64,000 bases of DNA from Cyanobacteriota bacterium (GTDB lineage: Bacteria > Cyanobacteriota > Cyanobacteriia > Cyanobacteriales > Nostocaceae), in contig JBJOKS010000017.1 of the NCBI GenBank assembly GCA_046045965.1, forward strand, positions 32,001 through 96,000. Direction: 5' to 3'. Of the stretch, positions 19,616-31,400 are shown in pieces; position 1 is the first letter of the stretch; every line of letters begins with the position of its first letter. The notes under the pieces are model-generated. The model had not been told where the DNA came from. It did no database searches and saw only the letters and a list, made by a program, of their open reading frames with translations. A program made the translations under genes and the position numbers.

Positions 19616-21073
19616 ATGACTACATTCACAGAAATTCCACTGATTGGCAAAAACATTAAATACCCATTTCGCTGGTTAATGGGGTTAATGGCATCTGGTA
19701 TTTTGATAGTTGGTACAACCACAGCCTTAAAAATAGCGAATCCAGAAAACCGGAAACAAGATATTTCTCAACTCACTGTTCCAGTCACAGCAAAAAGCTT
19801 CACAGTGAGGATTACAGCGAGTGGGAAAGTGCAACCAGTACAAAGCGTGAATATTAGTCCCAAAAATCCGGGAATTATCACCGAGTTGGATATTGAACAG
19901 GGAGAAAAAGTCCAAAAAGGACAAATTATTGCTCGCATGGATAACTCCGAGATTAAAATGCGAATCCTGCAATTTCAAGCCAACTTAGATCAAGCCAAAG
20001 CACAATTAGCAGAGAGTCAAGCGGGGAGTCGTCCCGAAGAAATTGCCCAAGCTAAAGCCCGTGTAGCCCAAGCGGTAGCCCAGTTAGCTATAATTCGTGG
20101 GGGGAATCGTGATCAGGAAATTGATCAAGCTAGGGCGGCTGTAGATGCAGCTAAAGCGCAAGTAGAACTAACCCAAGCCAGGGTAAACCGTTATCAGGGG
20201 TTAGCTAAAGAAGGGGCTGTTTCCCAGGATACGTTAGACCAGTATATCAGTGAAGATAGAAGGGCAAAAGCCAGTTTAGAAGAAACTGAACGGCGGTTAT
20301 CGCTGCAAAAAGCTGGAAACCGTGATGAAGATATCAAAAGACAAGAAGCAGTAGTTACCCAAGAACGGGAAGCTTTGCGAAGGTTAGAAAATGGCAACCG
20401 TCCCGAAGAAATTGCCCAACTTAAAGCATCTGTAGCGGCTGCAAATGCTCAGTTAAGACAGCAGCAAGTCCAGTTGGAAGATACCATTATTCGCGCTCCT
20501 TTTGCGGGGATTGTGACTCAAAAATATGCCAATGTAGGGGCTTTTGTGACACCAACAACCTCGGCTTCTACAAGTACATCAGCAACTTCTAGTTCAATTG
20601 TGGCCTTAGCAACGGGTTTAGAAGTTTTAGCGCAAGTTCCTGAAGCTGATATTGGCAGAATTCAGCAAGGACAGCAAGTGGAAATTGTCGCTGATGCTTA
20701 TCCAGATCAAGTATTTAAAGGTCGTGTACGTTTAATAGCTCCTGAAGCGGTGGTGGAACAAGGTGTAACATCTTTTCAGGTACGGGTGGTGCTTGATAGT
20801 GGTGCAGATAAACTGCGTTCTGGCTTAAATGTAGACTTGACGTTTTTGGGCGATCGCATTAATGATGCTATTACCTTACCAACGGTAGCAATTCTCACTG
20901 AAAATGGTAAAACTGGCGTATTAATACCAGATGCAAATAATAAACCCCAGTTTCGAGAAATCATAATTGGAGCGCAAATTAAAGACGAAACTCAAGTTTT
21001 AGAAGGAGTACAAAAGGGTGATTTGATATTTATTAACCCACCGAAAGACTACAAAATTCAAAAAGCTAAATAA
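19616..21073 (+). CDS. Efflux periplasmic adaptor (HlyD/MacA-type membrane fusion protein)
   Basis: N-terminal TM, ASGKVQP, GEKVQKGQIIARMD, long coiled coil, IRAPFAGIV, VPEADIG. Confidence 0.92.
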   Translation: MTTFTEIPLIGKNIKYPFRWLMGLMASGILIVGTTTALKIANPENRKQDISQLTVPVTAKSFTVRITASGKVQPVQSVNISPKNPGIITELDIEQGEKVQKGQIIARMDNSEIKMRILQFQANLDQAKAQLAESQAGSRPEEIAQAKARVAQAVAQLAIIRGGNRDQEIDQARAAVDAAKAQVELTQARVNRYQGLAKEGAVSQDTLDQYISEDRRAKASLEETERRLSLQKAGNRDEDIKRQEAVVTQEREALRRLENGNRPEEIAQLKASVAAANAQLRQQQVQLEDTIIRAPFAGIVTQKYANVGAFVTPTTSASTSTSATSSSIVALATGLEVLAQVPEADIGRIQQGQQVEIVADAYPDQVFKGRVRLIAPEAVVEQGVTSFQVRVVLDSGADKLRSGLNVDLTFLGDRINDAITLPTVAILTENGKTGVLIPDANNKPQFREIIIGAQIKDETQVLEGVQKGDLIFINPPKDYKIQKAK

Positions 21074-21083
21074 GAGAAAAATA

Positions 21084-22301
21084 ATGAACTTCCTAGAAAG
21101 CATCCAAATGGCAGGTAAAACCTTGCTGTCCAACAAATTGCGTAGCGCCCTAACCATGTTAGGTATTATCATTGGTAATGGGTCTGTAATTGCGATGATT
21201 GGTATTGGGGAAGGAGGACAAAAATTTGTAGCCAAGCAACTAGATTCCTTGGGACCAAATGTTTTATTTGTGATTCCTGGTAACAAAGAAACTCAACGGG
21301 TTGCTAGAAATGTTGTCAGAACTTTAGTTTTAGAAGATGCAAAAGCAATTGAAACTCAAGTACCCACAATAGCAGCTACCTCAGCAGAATTAAATAGTAG
21401 ACAGGTGGTGACATATAAAAACAGAAACACCGATGTCAATATTATTGGTACAACTCCCAGCTTTTTGAAAGTGCGTGATTTTGAAGTTGCGACAGGAAGG
21501 TTTTTCACCGACATAGATATGAAGCGCAGTAACCAAGTTGTGGTACTAGGTGCAAAATTGAAAGAAAAACTTTTTGGTGATAAAAATCCTGTAAGTCAAC
21601 AAATCAGAATCAAAAACGCCAGCTTTCAAGTAATTGGAGTGCTAACTGATAAAGGTTCAAATTTGGGTGTAAACTACGATGAATCAGCATTAGTTCCCAT
21701 TTTCACATCAGCAAATCGGCTAGTGGGAAGAACTTCTCCCTATGGATTAGAAGTAACCTACATTGTTGCTTCTGCAAAAAATGCCGATAGTGTAGATGCA
21801 GCACAATTTCAAATTACCAATTTACTCCGACAAAGACATAAATTAGTTGGTGAAGATGACTTTACAATTCGTACCCAAAAGGATGCGTTACAAACAGTAG
21901 GTCAAATTTCCAGTGCATTGACAACCATGCTGGCTGCGATCGCGGGAATTTCTTTATTTGTCGGCGGTATTGGTATTATGAATATTATGCTCGTTTCTGT
22001 CACCGAACGTACCCAAGAAATTGGCTTAAGAAAAGCTATTGGTGCTACCCAACAAGATATTTTACTTCAGTTCATAATTGAAGCAGTTATTGTTTCTGTA
22101 ATTGGCGGTTTAGTTGGTACTGCTGTTGGTGTCGGTTGCATCATTTTAGTATCGGTCCTAACTCCTTTAGAAGCAAGTATTTCCATTGTTTCAATTACAA
22201 TGGCTGTTGGTATTTCTGGGGGAATTGGTTTATTTTTTGGCGTATTTCCCGCTCGTCGTGCTGCACAACTTGATCCAATTGTGGCATTAAGAAGCGCATG
22301 A
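21084..22301 (+). CDS. MacB/FtsX-type ABC transporter permease
   Basis: LRSALTMLGIIIG, GGIGIMNIMLVSVTERTQEIGLRKAIGA, PARRAAQLDPIVALR. Confidence 0.93.
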   Translation: MNFLESIQMAGKTLLSNKLRSALTMLGIIIGNGSVIAMIGIGEGGQKFVAKQLDSLGPNVLFVIPGNKETQRVARNVVRTLVLEDAKAIETQVPTIAATSAELNSRQVVTYKNRNTDVNIIGTTPSFLKVRDFEVATGRFFTDIDMKRSNQVVVLGAKLKEKLFGDKNPVSQQIRIKNASFQVIGVLTDKGSNLGVNYDESALVPIFTSANRLVGRTSPYGLEVTYIVASAKNADSVDAAQFQITNLLRQRHKLVGEDDFTIRTQKDALQTVGQISSALTTMLAAIAGISLFVGGIGIMNIMLVSVTERTQEIGLRKAIGATQQDILLQFIIEAVIVSVIGGLVGTAVGVGCIILVSVLTPLEASISIVSITMAVGISGGIGLFFGVFPARRAAQLDPIVALRSA

Positions 22302-22314
22302 ATAATTTAAAATC

Positions 22315-22609
22315 TCTGAATCAGGATTTCCAGGATTTAAGGATTTACAGGATGTTATATTAAATGGCTATTAAATAGCATCAAATCTCAATTGTAATTG
22401 AACGCAGATGAACGCAGATGAACGCAGATAAATATTTTCTGATGCAATTATGTGTCTGAATCAGGATTTACATGATTTAAGGATTTGCATGATTGAACGA
22501 TTTAGATGATTAGAGAATTTTTGGACATATTGTATATATAAATGTGGATTTGGGAAAATAGCGGTTTTTTAAAATGTCACTGTCAATTCTTAAATCCTGA
22601 ATGATTCTG
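22315..22609. repeat. Cluster of short repeats inside the efflux operon intergenic gap
   Basis: TCTGAATCAGGATTT(C/A)CA(G/T)GATTTAAGGATTT at 22315 and 22455, GAACGCAGAT x3 at 22400-22429, and a partial inverted copy (CTTAAATCCTGAA) near 22588. Confidence 0.65.
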
Positions 22610-22642
22610 CCAAAAAACTATTTAAAAAAAGGATCAATCTCC

Positions 22643-23407
22643 ATGTCTAATACTCTCACTGTTAACGATTCTAGTATTACTAATCCTGCGCGAAAATCAG
22701 AAATTATTTGTTTGGAGAACATCTTGAAAATTTATGGTAGTGGTGAAACCGAAGTCAAAGCACTAAATGATATCAACTTAGTTATAAAAGCTGGCGAATA
22801 TTGTGCAATTATGGGACCTTCCGGTTCGGGAAAATCTACAGCCATGAATATTATCGGTTGTTTAGATCGTCCTAGTTCGGGAAATTATTATTTAGATAAT
22901 CTGAATGTAGCCCAAATCAGTGATACAGAATTAGCACATATTCGTAATAAAAAACTGGGGTTTGTCTTTCAACAATTCCATTTATTAACCCAATTGACAG
23001 CTTTGGAAAATGTCATGTTACCAATGGTGTATGCTGGTGTTAAACCTGGGGAAAGAAAAGAACGCGCTACAGAAGCATTAATCAAAGTCGGGTTAGAAAA
23101 ACAACTCAACAATAAACCTACCCAACTATCAGGAGGACAACAACAAAGAGTAGCGATCGCTCGTGCAATTGTCAACCGTCCAGTTGTGCTTTTAGCTGAT
23201 GAACCCACCGGCGCACTTGACTCTCGCACAACTCAAGAAGTTTTAGATATTTTTGGTGAATTAAATAGCAGTGGAATTACAGTTGTCATGGTGACTCACG
23301 AAACAGAAGTTGCTCGTCAAACTAAACGCATTGTTTGGTTTCGTGATGGTGAAGTTGTACATTCTCATCTCACTCCAGAAGAGTTACATCAGCTTGTAGT
23401 TTCTTGA
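22643..23407 (+). CDS. ABC transporter ATP-binding protein (MacB/LolD-type)
   Basis: [37 protein letters not shown]. Start chosen at ATG 22643. Confidence 0.93.
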   Translation: MSNTLTVNDSSITNPARKSEIICLENILKIYGSGETEVKALNDINLVIKAGEYCAIMGPSGSGKSTAMNIIGCLDRPSSGNYYLDNLNVAQISDTELAHIRNKKLGFVFQQFHLLTQLTALENVMLPMVYAGVKPGERKERATEALIKVGLEKQLNNKPTQLSGGQQQRVAIARAIVNRPVVLLADEPTGALDSRTTQEVLDIFGELNSSGITVVMVTHETEVARQTKRIVWFRDGEVVHSHLTPEELHQLVVS

Positions 23408-23414
23408 TGAAAGG

Positions 23415-23575
23415 TTAAAAGAATGAAGAATTTAGAATGAAGAATTTAGAATTTAGAATTTAGAATTTAGAATTTAGAATGTAAAATTACGTTTTGCAAT
23501 GGGGATTTTACCTCGACGCAAAACCCGCTGCTTGTAGAAGGAAGCAGGGGAATTTCACCCCCAAAGGTAAGTTAA
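23415..23575 (+). repeat. Dispersed repeat element, copy 1 (with expanded TTTAGAA array)
   Basis: Near-identical to the reverse complement of 35038-35158; both bounded by TTAA. Confidence 0.8.
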
Positions 23576-23601
23576 AATAAACAAGATATTAAAAAACCAT
23601 C

Positions 23602-24015
23602 ATGCTGCAAATTACCAATAAAACTATCATCCCGATGAGCGAAATCAGTATTACTGCAATTCGTTCTCAAGGTGCAGGTGGTCAAAATGTCAATAAAGTT
23701 GCTACCGCAATTCATTTGCGTTTCGATATTAACGCTTCATCCCTATCACCACTTTACAAAGAACGGCTGCTCAATTTGGGAGATAAACGGATCACAAAAG
23801 ATGGGATAATTATCATTAAAGCCCAGCAGCATCGTACCCAAGAACAGAATAAAGAAGACGCTCTCAACCGTCTCCAAACTTTACTCAAAAGCGTCACCAT
23901 CACCAACCCAAAACGCAAGCCCACAAAACCCTCACGCCGCGCTCAAAATAAACGCATTGACAGCAAAACCAAGCGCGGCGAAATTAAAGCTCTACGAGGT
24001 AAAATTACAGATTGA
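23602..24015 (+). CDS. arfB: Alternative ribosome rescue peptidyl-tRNA hydrolase
   Basis: RSQGAGGQNVNKV (GGQ) and basic tail KRKPTKPSRRAQNKR. Confidence 0.93.
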   Translation: MLQITNKTIIPMSEISITAIRSQGAGGQNVNKVATAIHLRFDINASSLSPLYKERLLNLGDKRITKDGIIIIKAQQHRTQEQNKEDALNRLQTLLKSVTITNPKRKPTKPSRRAQNKRIDSKTKRGEIKALRGKITD

Positions 24016-24024
24016 GCTTTGAAT

Positions 24025-24129
<105 letters not shown>

Positions 24130-24130
24130 T

Positions 24131-24664
24131 CTACAAACTCGAAGTTTTGCCTGTTTCTGCTTGCGTCGCAATTGGCTTGACATCGCTATAACCCATCTGA
24201 CCTGCAATAGTCCTTAAAACAGAAATTTGACCTTCAAAATCTATTTCTTCAATTTGAGCAAGTAAATCATTAATTGCCTCAGTTGAGTCATAATTATCTG
24301 GCATTCCCACTACTGTATCACCCATAGCTTCTGCCCAAACATACCAAATGAACAACTGATTATTTTCTTTTAATGCCCCATAAGCACGAGAATAGTTTGT
24401 ATCCTTACAGTCAACTATATCCCGCATAATTGCTAGTTGTTCATCATCCGATAATTGTAAATAATCTCCTACCAACATGGGAGCTAATTCTGGTTCTGCG
24501 GCTGAGGGAGCAGGGGGAGTAATGGTATCACCCATTTTTTCATACACAAAATATAGCCAAGCTAATTTAGCATCAGTATCTAAGGCATTAAATTCTTCTA
24601 CTAAATTTCGAGTTTCTTGGCTCTGCGCTTGATGAGAAATAGTTTTATTGTAACTCGCAGTCAT
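24131..24664 (-). CDS. Helical carotenoid protein (OCP N-terminal domain homolog)
   Basis: FNALDTDAKLAWLYFVYEKMG.ITP.AP, LSDDEQLAIMRDI, YSRAYGAL..NNQL..WY, FEGQISVLR. Confidence 0.85.
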   Translation of the reverse strand: MTASYNKTISHQAQSQETRNLVEEFNALDTDAKLAWLYFVYEKMGDTITPPAPSAAEPELAPMLVGDYLQLSDDEQLAIMRDIVDCKDTNYSRAYGALKENNQLFIWYVWAEAMGDTVVGMPDNYDSTEAINDLLAQIEEIDFEGQISVLRTIAGQMGYSDVKPIATQAETGKTSSL

Positions 24665-24798
24665 AATTAATCCTCAGAGTAATTCAACAGTTAAGACTTA
24701 CAGGATTATCAAATTTTTATCATTATGATCTACTACCACAAGCAGGATATTTAGTAATTAGCTAATTTAGTTATTCTCTACCCTGCAATATAGGCTGA

Positions 24799-24889
24799 TA
24801 TAGCCGTGGACAGGGTGCTTAGGACATCAATTGATAATGAAACTGCCACTACAAGAAGGTTTTACTCCTGACTCCTGACTCCTGCTATA
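24799..24889 (-). mobile_element. MITE-like element, copy B (inverted relative to copy A)
   Basis: TATAGCCGTGGACAGGGTG...CATCAATTGATAATGAAACT...CTCCTGCTATA. Confidence 0.7.
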
Positions 24890-24970
24890 TCTCTCTGATG
24901 GCACAAGATGTTAGTAAATTATTTTGCTAAACTTGCTCCAGCAAGATAAATATTAATTAAGGTTTTAGTT

Positions 24971-25348
24971 ATGCCTGATAAAGTGCAGCCTAATCTCAAT
25001 GAAACTTCCACCCATGATGCACAATTAGCTGCTGAACAAATAGTTAAAGGTGAAGAAAAAGCACCCAAGGTAGATTTTGAAGCTGATTATGCAGCTGCAC
25101 AGCAATTTAGTGTCAGTGAAATTGACCGCACAGGTGAAGGAAAAACTGCTGCTGAAGCGGCCACTGCACCTAAATATGAAATCCCTAAACCAGAAGCAAC
25201 CCAAACTGAAGGGCAGTCAACAGGAAATCCTGATGATTATGTAGAGATGGCAAAAGAAATTGGTGCTTCTAGAGATGAAGCTGTGACTAATGTTAGTGAT
25301 GATTTAGTACAACAAGCTTTGCAAAAGTCTCAAGCTTCTCAGAAGTAA
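24971..25348 (+). CDS. Hypothetical acidic, Ala/Glu-rich protein
   Basis: 125-aa ORF with plausible start, followed by a hairpin at ~25393-25417. No family recognised. Confidence 0.7.
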   Translation: MPDKVQPNLNETSTHDAQLAAEQIVKGEEKAPKVDFEADYAAAQQFSVSEIDRTGEGKTAAEAATAPKYEIPKPEATQTEGQSTGNPDDYVEMAKEIGASRDEAVTNVSDDLVQQALQKSQASQK

Positions 25349-25417
25349 TTCAACTACATATTTAACACATCAAAAACTTATTTTCAGCTAATGCTCAACC
25401 TCAATAGGGTTGGGCTT

Positions 25418-26053
25418 TTAGCAATTTTTCACCACATCCAATAATTCACTAGGATGATGAATCAAAAAATCTGGATTTTGTTTAGCTAGTGCTTCTGGAG
25501 AATTGAACCCCCAACTTACTGCAACTACTTTGATATTAGCTTTTTTAGCAGCTTCTATATCTCTGGTTTCATCTCCTACATAAATAACTGTTTGGGGTTT
25601 AAGCTGTCTTTGCCTTAATACATTATTAATTATCGTTGTTTTGCCAAAAATTGTTACTCCTGAATATATAAATTCAAAGAGATAATTTAAGCCATGAGAC
25701 TTGAGAAATTCAGTCACGTTTTCTTGAGAATTAGAAGTAATAATTCCCAGTCTATATCCTTGTTGATTAAGTTCTATTAACGCCTCTTTCATCCCAAATA
25801 TAGGTTCTAATTCAGGGATTTTACTCTTTAACTCGGATTTCACTTTTTTGACTAAAAAAGGTATTTTCAATAGAGATACACCTGAATATTTAATAATTTC
25901 CCTAGAGGTTAAATTCCTTAAAAGAGTAAGTTCATTAGCAGTAATTTGTATATAACCAAATTCTACAGCTAACCGATTAGCAATACTGACAAGAGCATCT
26001 ACTGTATCTGCAATTGTGCCATCAAAATCAAAGATTATTACTTTCTGGGTCAT
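25418..26053 (-). CDS. HAD-IA family hydrolase (phosphoglycolate phosphatase-like)
   Basis: FDFDGTIADT, IITSN, YVGDETRDIEAA. Confidence 0.92.
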   Translation of the reverse strand: MTQKVIIFDFDGTIADTVDALVSIANRLAVEFGYIQITANELTLLRNLTSREIIKYSGVSLLKIPFLVKKVKSELKSKIPELEPIFGMKEALIELNQQGYRLGIITSNSQENVTEFLKSHGLNYLFEFIYSGVTIFGKTTIINNVLRQRQLKPQTVIYVGDETRDIEAAKKANIKVVAVSWGFNSPEALAKQNPDFLIHHPSELLDVVKNC

Positions 26054-26999
26054 TCTTTAGCCTAGATGCGTCAAGATTAGCACGAGCATTTCTTCGTAAC
26101 ATTTCTGGTTTAATGCGTCGCAAGGCTGATGCTGGAAATCGTTTATCCCACTCCTCATCTGTGATTTGCGCTAATTCTACCAGCTTGGGTGCTAAATTTT
26201 CAGGATATGGTTGAAAATCTGTAACATCAGTTATTTGAGAAAAACGCTGATTCCAAGGACATACATCTTGACAAATATCACAACCTGCTACCCAACCTTG
26301 TAAATGGGGTTTTACTTGTTCTGGCAATGTTTCTGCCCGATTTTCAATGGTATGATAGGCAATACACTTGTTAGCATCGACTACAAATGGCTGAGTAATT
26401 GCCCTTGTAGGACAAGCTTCTATACATCTTGTACAAGTACCACAATGTTGTGTAGCTGGGCGATCGGTCTCTAATTCTAGATTAGTTAATACTTCTCCCA
26501 AAAATACCCAAGAGCCATACTCCCTAGTAATTACATTACCATTTTTCGCAATCCAACCAATACCAGCTTTTTGCGCCCAAACTTTATCTTGCACTGGTCC
26601 TGTGTCTGCATAATATCTAGCTTTTATGCCTTCATCTTGTGATTCTAACCAGGTAGCTAGTTGCTTCAGCTTCTTGTGCAGTATCTTATGATAGTCTCTT
26701 CCCCAACCATAACGGGAAATTTTGGCGTATTCTTCACCTTCTGGACGTTGGTGTGGTGTGTAATAATTCAGTGCCACACACACAAGCGATCGCACTTCCG
26801 GCATCACTAAACTAACATCTTGGCGTTTCGGGTTTCCCATCCATTCCATATCGGCGTGATAACCCATTGCTATCCATGCTTGCAACCTTTGAGTTTCTGT
26901 AGCGTCTACCCCTTCTACAGCAACAATACCTGCTTTGTGAAAGCCTAGCTCTTTAGCTTTCTCTTTGATGGCGCTGCTAGTTAAAGCACACTCATTCAT
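26028..26999 (-). CDS. queG: tRNA epoxyqueuosine(34) reductase
   Basis: ISRYGWGRDYH, DTGPV, CGTCTRCIEACPT, GCDICQDVCPWN. Confidence 0.95.
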   Translation of the reverse strand: MNECALTSSAIKEKAKELGFHKAGIVAVEGVDATETQRLQAWIAMGYHADMEWMGNPKRQDVSLVMPEVRSLVCVALNYYTPHQRPEGEEYAKISRYGWGRDYHKILHKKLKQLATWLESQDEGIKARYYADTGPVQDKVWAQKAGIGWIAKNGNVITREYGSWVFLGEVLTNLELETDRPATQHCGTCTRCIEACPTRAITQPFVVDANKCIAYHTIENRAETLPEQVKPHLQGWVAGCDICQDVCPWNQRFSQITDVTDFQPYPENLAPKLVELAQITDEEWDKRFPASALRRIKPEMLRRNARANLDASRLKNDPESNNL

Positions 27000-27216
27000 T
27001 TTGCTGCTCTTAAATTTTGCCAGTTGGCTGCTCTGCGATTATACACGATGTCATCAATACATTCATTTGATTTTGCTACCCTAACTATATGTAAATTTTA
27101 TTTGCAATTTGTTAAGAAATAATGCAGAATAGTTGACAAGAGGTCAAGCAACCCAGAGTGATGCCAGCCTCCCACTGATTAACAACCGACTTAGTTAATA
27201 AACTGTGGTGAACATA

Positions 27217-27738
27217 ATGACTTTCACTTCTGACTCAGCTTCAACCCGCTTATCCCAAGCTTTCAACTACAGCAACCAAACAATTGATGCTGTCACTTCA
27301 ACCGTTGCTGTCTTTAAAGCTCTCAGCGGGGATGACCAACTAGCAGTATTGTGGTACGCTTACACAGAAATGGGTAAATTCATTACCCCAGCCGCTACAG
27401 GTGCAGCTAGATTGCAATTAGCAGAAGGTTTATTGAATCAAATCAAACAAATGTCAAATGCAGAGCAGTTAGAAGCGATGCGTGACTTAGCTGCTCAAAG
27501 AAATACTCAAGTTTCTCGTGCTTACGGAATTCTCAGTGCTAACACCAAGTTAGCTTTCTGGTACGAATTAGCAGAATTAATGGCTAAGGGTTTTGTAGTA
27601 CCTGTACCACCAGGTTATCAGATTTCTCGTGATGGCGCACAAGTGTTAAAAACACTCCAAGAATTAGATTTCGGTCAACAAATAACTGTTTTCCGTAAAG
27701 TAGTCACAGATATGGGTGTTGATCCCCTAGCTGACTAA
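27217..27738 (+). CDS. Helical carotenoid protein (HCP4-like, paired with CTDH)
   Basis: LSGDDQLAVLWYAYTEMG..ITPAA.GAA, SRAYG.LSANTKLAFWYEL, LDFGQQIT, MGVDP. ATG at 27217. Confidence 0.88.
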   Translation: MTFTSDSASTRLSQAFNYSNQTIDAVTSTVAVFKALSGDDQLAVLWYAYTEMGKFITPAATGAARLQLAEGLLNQIKQMSNAEQLEAMRDLAAQRNTQVSRAYGILSANTKLAFWYELAELMAKGFVVPVPPGYQISRDGAQVLKTLQELDFGQQITVFRKVVTDMGVDPLAD

Positions 27739-27813
27739 TAATTGATTTTCTCCCAACCTCAATGTCTTTTTAAATTTTTATTCCCAGGTAATTACTTGGG
27801 AATAATTTATTTA

Positions 27814-27847
<34 letters not shown>

Positions 27848-27898
27848 GAAAATTAACAATTAACAATTACCAATTACCAATTACCAGCGATTAAAAAT

Positions 27899-28321
27899 AT
27901 GAATATTACTATTGAAGGAATTACAGAACCAAATATATTGCATTATTTTACGACTTTAAACGCAGGTGATTTTACAAATACTGCGGAATTATTTGCTGAA
28001 GATGGTGTGATGTATCCACCTTTAGAGTCTGCTGTTATCGGACGAGATGCTATACTCAGCTATCTTAATCAAGAAGCGCAAGATATTAAAGCCGAACCCC
28101 AGCAAGGAATTACTGAAAATTTGGATCATAACCATCTTCAAATTCAAATCACAGGTAAAGCACACACTTCTTGGTGTAGTGTTAACGTGATGTGGTTGTT
28201 TATTCTCAACCCACAACGGGAAATTTTAGAAGCAAAAATCAAACTTTTAGCTTCACCCCAAGATTTACTTTCTCTACGGCCACCAAACAAAGAATATACA
28301 ATCATACCTTCAGAAGAATAG
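27899..28321 (+). CDS. OCP C-terminal-domain homolog (CTDH/CCP, NTF2-like carotenoid carrier)
   Basis: IEGITEP.IL.YF.TLNAGDF, GRDAILSYL, GKAHTSWCSVNV, IKLLASPQDLL; directly after an HCP gene. Confidence 0.88.
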   Translation: MNITIEGITEPNILHYFTTLNAGDFTNTAELFAEDGVMYPPLESAVIGRDAILSYLNQEAQDIKAEPQQGITENLDHNHLQIQITGKAHTSWCSVNVMWLFILNPQREILEAKIKLLASPQDLLSLRPPNKEYTIIPSEE

Positions 28322-28432
28322 TGTCATATCAATTCACAAAAATCCTGAAATTAACCACAGTAAAATTGTATGAGTCAGGTGGGAAATACCCACCTTTTTT
28401 TGTCTCACACCCCCAAAGCAGAGACCCGGAGA

Positions 28433-31400
28433 TTAGACAACTAAAGTGAAATCACTACTACTGAGAGTGAGATCAGGATTAGCTAAATAAGCAAATTCAA
28501 ACACAGAAGCTGCACCCAAACTACTACCATTTTGGTTATAGAAAATACTGCCAGTTTCTTGACTATAAACAATGCGAGCATTACTAGCATCAACTAACCC
28601 ATCATTTGCGACAACAGCAAAGTCGCTTAACGCTTGTCCAGCAGCATTGGTAATAGCATTGAATGTAGCTCTACTCAGTACAATCTTATCTTGTCCAACT
28701 ACAAAATCGATAATCCCATCAACACCTAAATTAGCATTAAATGCTCCACTTCCTTGGAAGAGAAATTGATCATTACCAGTTCCACCTATGAGGATATCAT
28801 CACCCAGTCCTCCTAACAAGGTATCATTTCCTGCTAAACCTTGTAGTTGGTCATTTCCGTTACCACCAACCAGCAGATTATTTAAAGAATTACCTGTCAG
28901 ACGGTCATTACCTGTTCCACCTGTGGCATTTTCAATGACATTATTAGCAGAAAGAACAAGTCGCAAATTACTATTAACAGTCTGTGCGGTTGTGACACGC
29001 AGATTTACTTTGACAGCACCAGTAGTACCAGTAAAATCGAGAGTATCATTACCACCTGTTACAGTTTCTGTAATTCTGTCAGTTCCTAAAGCCGAATTGG
29101 CAACAAAAGCATAAGTATCATTACCATTTAAACCTGCAAGAGTGTTGTTACCACTATTACCGCTGAGAATATTATTGCCAGTATTACCAGTACCATTAAT
29201 AGCCGATGTTCCTGTTAAAGCCAGGTTTTCCACACCTGCGGGTAAAGTGGTGGTGGTAGAGGAAGTTAGGGTATCGGTAATAGTAGTGGTAGCAGTCCTT
29301 CTAGTTCCTAAAACAGCATTGACGGGAGAACTCAGTGTGACTGTAAAGTTTTCATTCGCTTCATTGATGGCATCATTGAGAATAGGGATAATAATGGTTT
29401 GAGTGGTTTGTCCTGGGTTAAATGTCAAGGTTCCGCTTCTGCTGCTATAGTCTGACCCTGCTCTAGCAGTACCATTACTGGTGGTAAATTGAACAGTAAT
29501 AGTTTGGGTACTGGCGCTAGAAAGAGTAACGTTATAGGTAACATTTTGGGAGTTAGTTCTACCTTCAACTACTGTCTGGTTAGGACTGAGGTTAATAGTA
29601 ATTGACGAACTATCATCATTATTAATTGTACCTTGACCTTGACCATCGGCAATAGTGGCATTTACGGCGTTACTCAGGTTAACAAAGAATGTCTCATTAG
29701 CCTCAACTATGGTATCGCCAATAATGGGTATTGTGATGGTTTTCGTAGTTTCGTTAGTCGCAAACGTCAGAGTCCCAGAAGTGCTGGTAAAGTCGCTACC
29801 TGCGGTGGCCGTACCATTAGCAGTGGTAAAGTTCACAGTGATAGGTTGACTAGCAGCACCGGAACGGGTGACAGTAAATACTAAATTCCGAGTACCACTG
29901 TTACCTTCTGTGATTGATACATCATTAATGGAAAGGGTGGGTAAAGTACCACCAATAGTAATAGCTTGATCAGAAAATTGTACTCTTTCAATGTCCAATA
30001 ATGTATCTATGCCATCACGATTAGAAACTGTATCGGTAATTGTGAAGACTCCTGCGTTATTGGTAATTTGATATTGGGAACGAGTACCAGAGAAAACAGC
30101 AGTATCATTTCCAGTACCACCATAGAGGGTGTCATTACCAACACCACCTACTAACCTATCATCCCCCTGTTCACCAAATAAACGGTCATTTGCTCCATCA
30201 CCTTGTATGGTGTCGTTACCCAAACCACCAAATAAATCATCACTGTTGCTATCTCCTGTTAAGTTGTCATTAGCAACGGTTGTACTAAAAATAAAATCTG
30301 TTGCGTCTATTTCACTGGTATTAAAACCATTGATTCTCAGTCTGTAAGCAAAATCTGGGTTACTTGTGTGGTTTAACCGAGCAGCAATGACAAAATTATC
30401 TTCAGCATCATTGCTGGTGAGAAAAGAGAGTGTTTGCGAGTCAGCAATCCTAATTGTTCTCAAATCAATTTTATCTTGTCCCCTGACAAAATCAGCAACT
30501 ACATCTAAATCTTGGGCAAGAGTAAAATCATCGAAATATTCAAAGACAAATGTATCATTTCCAGCACCACCATAGAGGGTATCGCTACCGAGTCCTCCCA
30601 GTAACCTATCATCCCCCTGTTCACCAAATAAACGGTCATTTCCTCCATCACCTTGTATGGTGTCGTTACCCAAACCACCAAATAAATCATCACTGTTGCT
30701 ATCTCCTGTTAAGTTGTCATTAGCAACGGTTGTACTAAAAATAAAATCTGTTGCGTCTATTTCACTGGTATTAAAACCATTGATTCTCAGTCTGTAAGCA
30801 AAATCTGGGTTACTTGTGTGGTTTAACCGAGCAGCAATGACAAAATTATCTTCAGCATCATTGCTGGTGAGAAAAGAGAGTGTTTGCGAGTCAGCAATCC
30901 TAATTGTTCTCAAATCAATTTTATCTTGTCCCCTGACAAAATCAGCAACTACATCTAAATCTTGGGCAAGAGTAAAATCATCGAAATATTCAAAGACAAA
31001 TGTATCATTTCCAGCACCACCATAGAGGGTATCGCTACCGAGTCCTCCCAGTAACCTATCATCCCCCTGTTCACCAAATAATCGGTCATTTGCTCCACCA
31101 CCTTGTATGGTGTCGTTACCCAAACCACCAAATAAGTCATCACTGTTGCTAGTTCCTGTTAAATTGTCATTAGCAACGGTTGTACTGAAAATAAAATCTG
31201 TTGCGTCTATTTGAGTCGTATTAAAACCATTGATTCTCAGTCTGTAAGCAAAATCTGGGTTACTTGTGTGGTTTAACCGAGCAGCAATGACAAAATTATC
31301 TTCAGCATCATTGCTGGTGAGAAAAGATAATGTTTGTGAGTCAGCAATTCTAATTGTTCTCAAATCAATTTTATCTTGTCCCCTGACAAAATCAGTAACG

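Noticed and set aside
19616..23407. Efflux operon as exporter of the RTX protein or the GG-leader peptide
   Set aside because: It is a MacAB/FtsX-type system with a separate ATPase and no C39 peptidase or HlyB-type TM domain.
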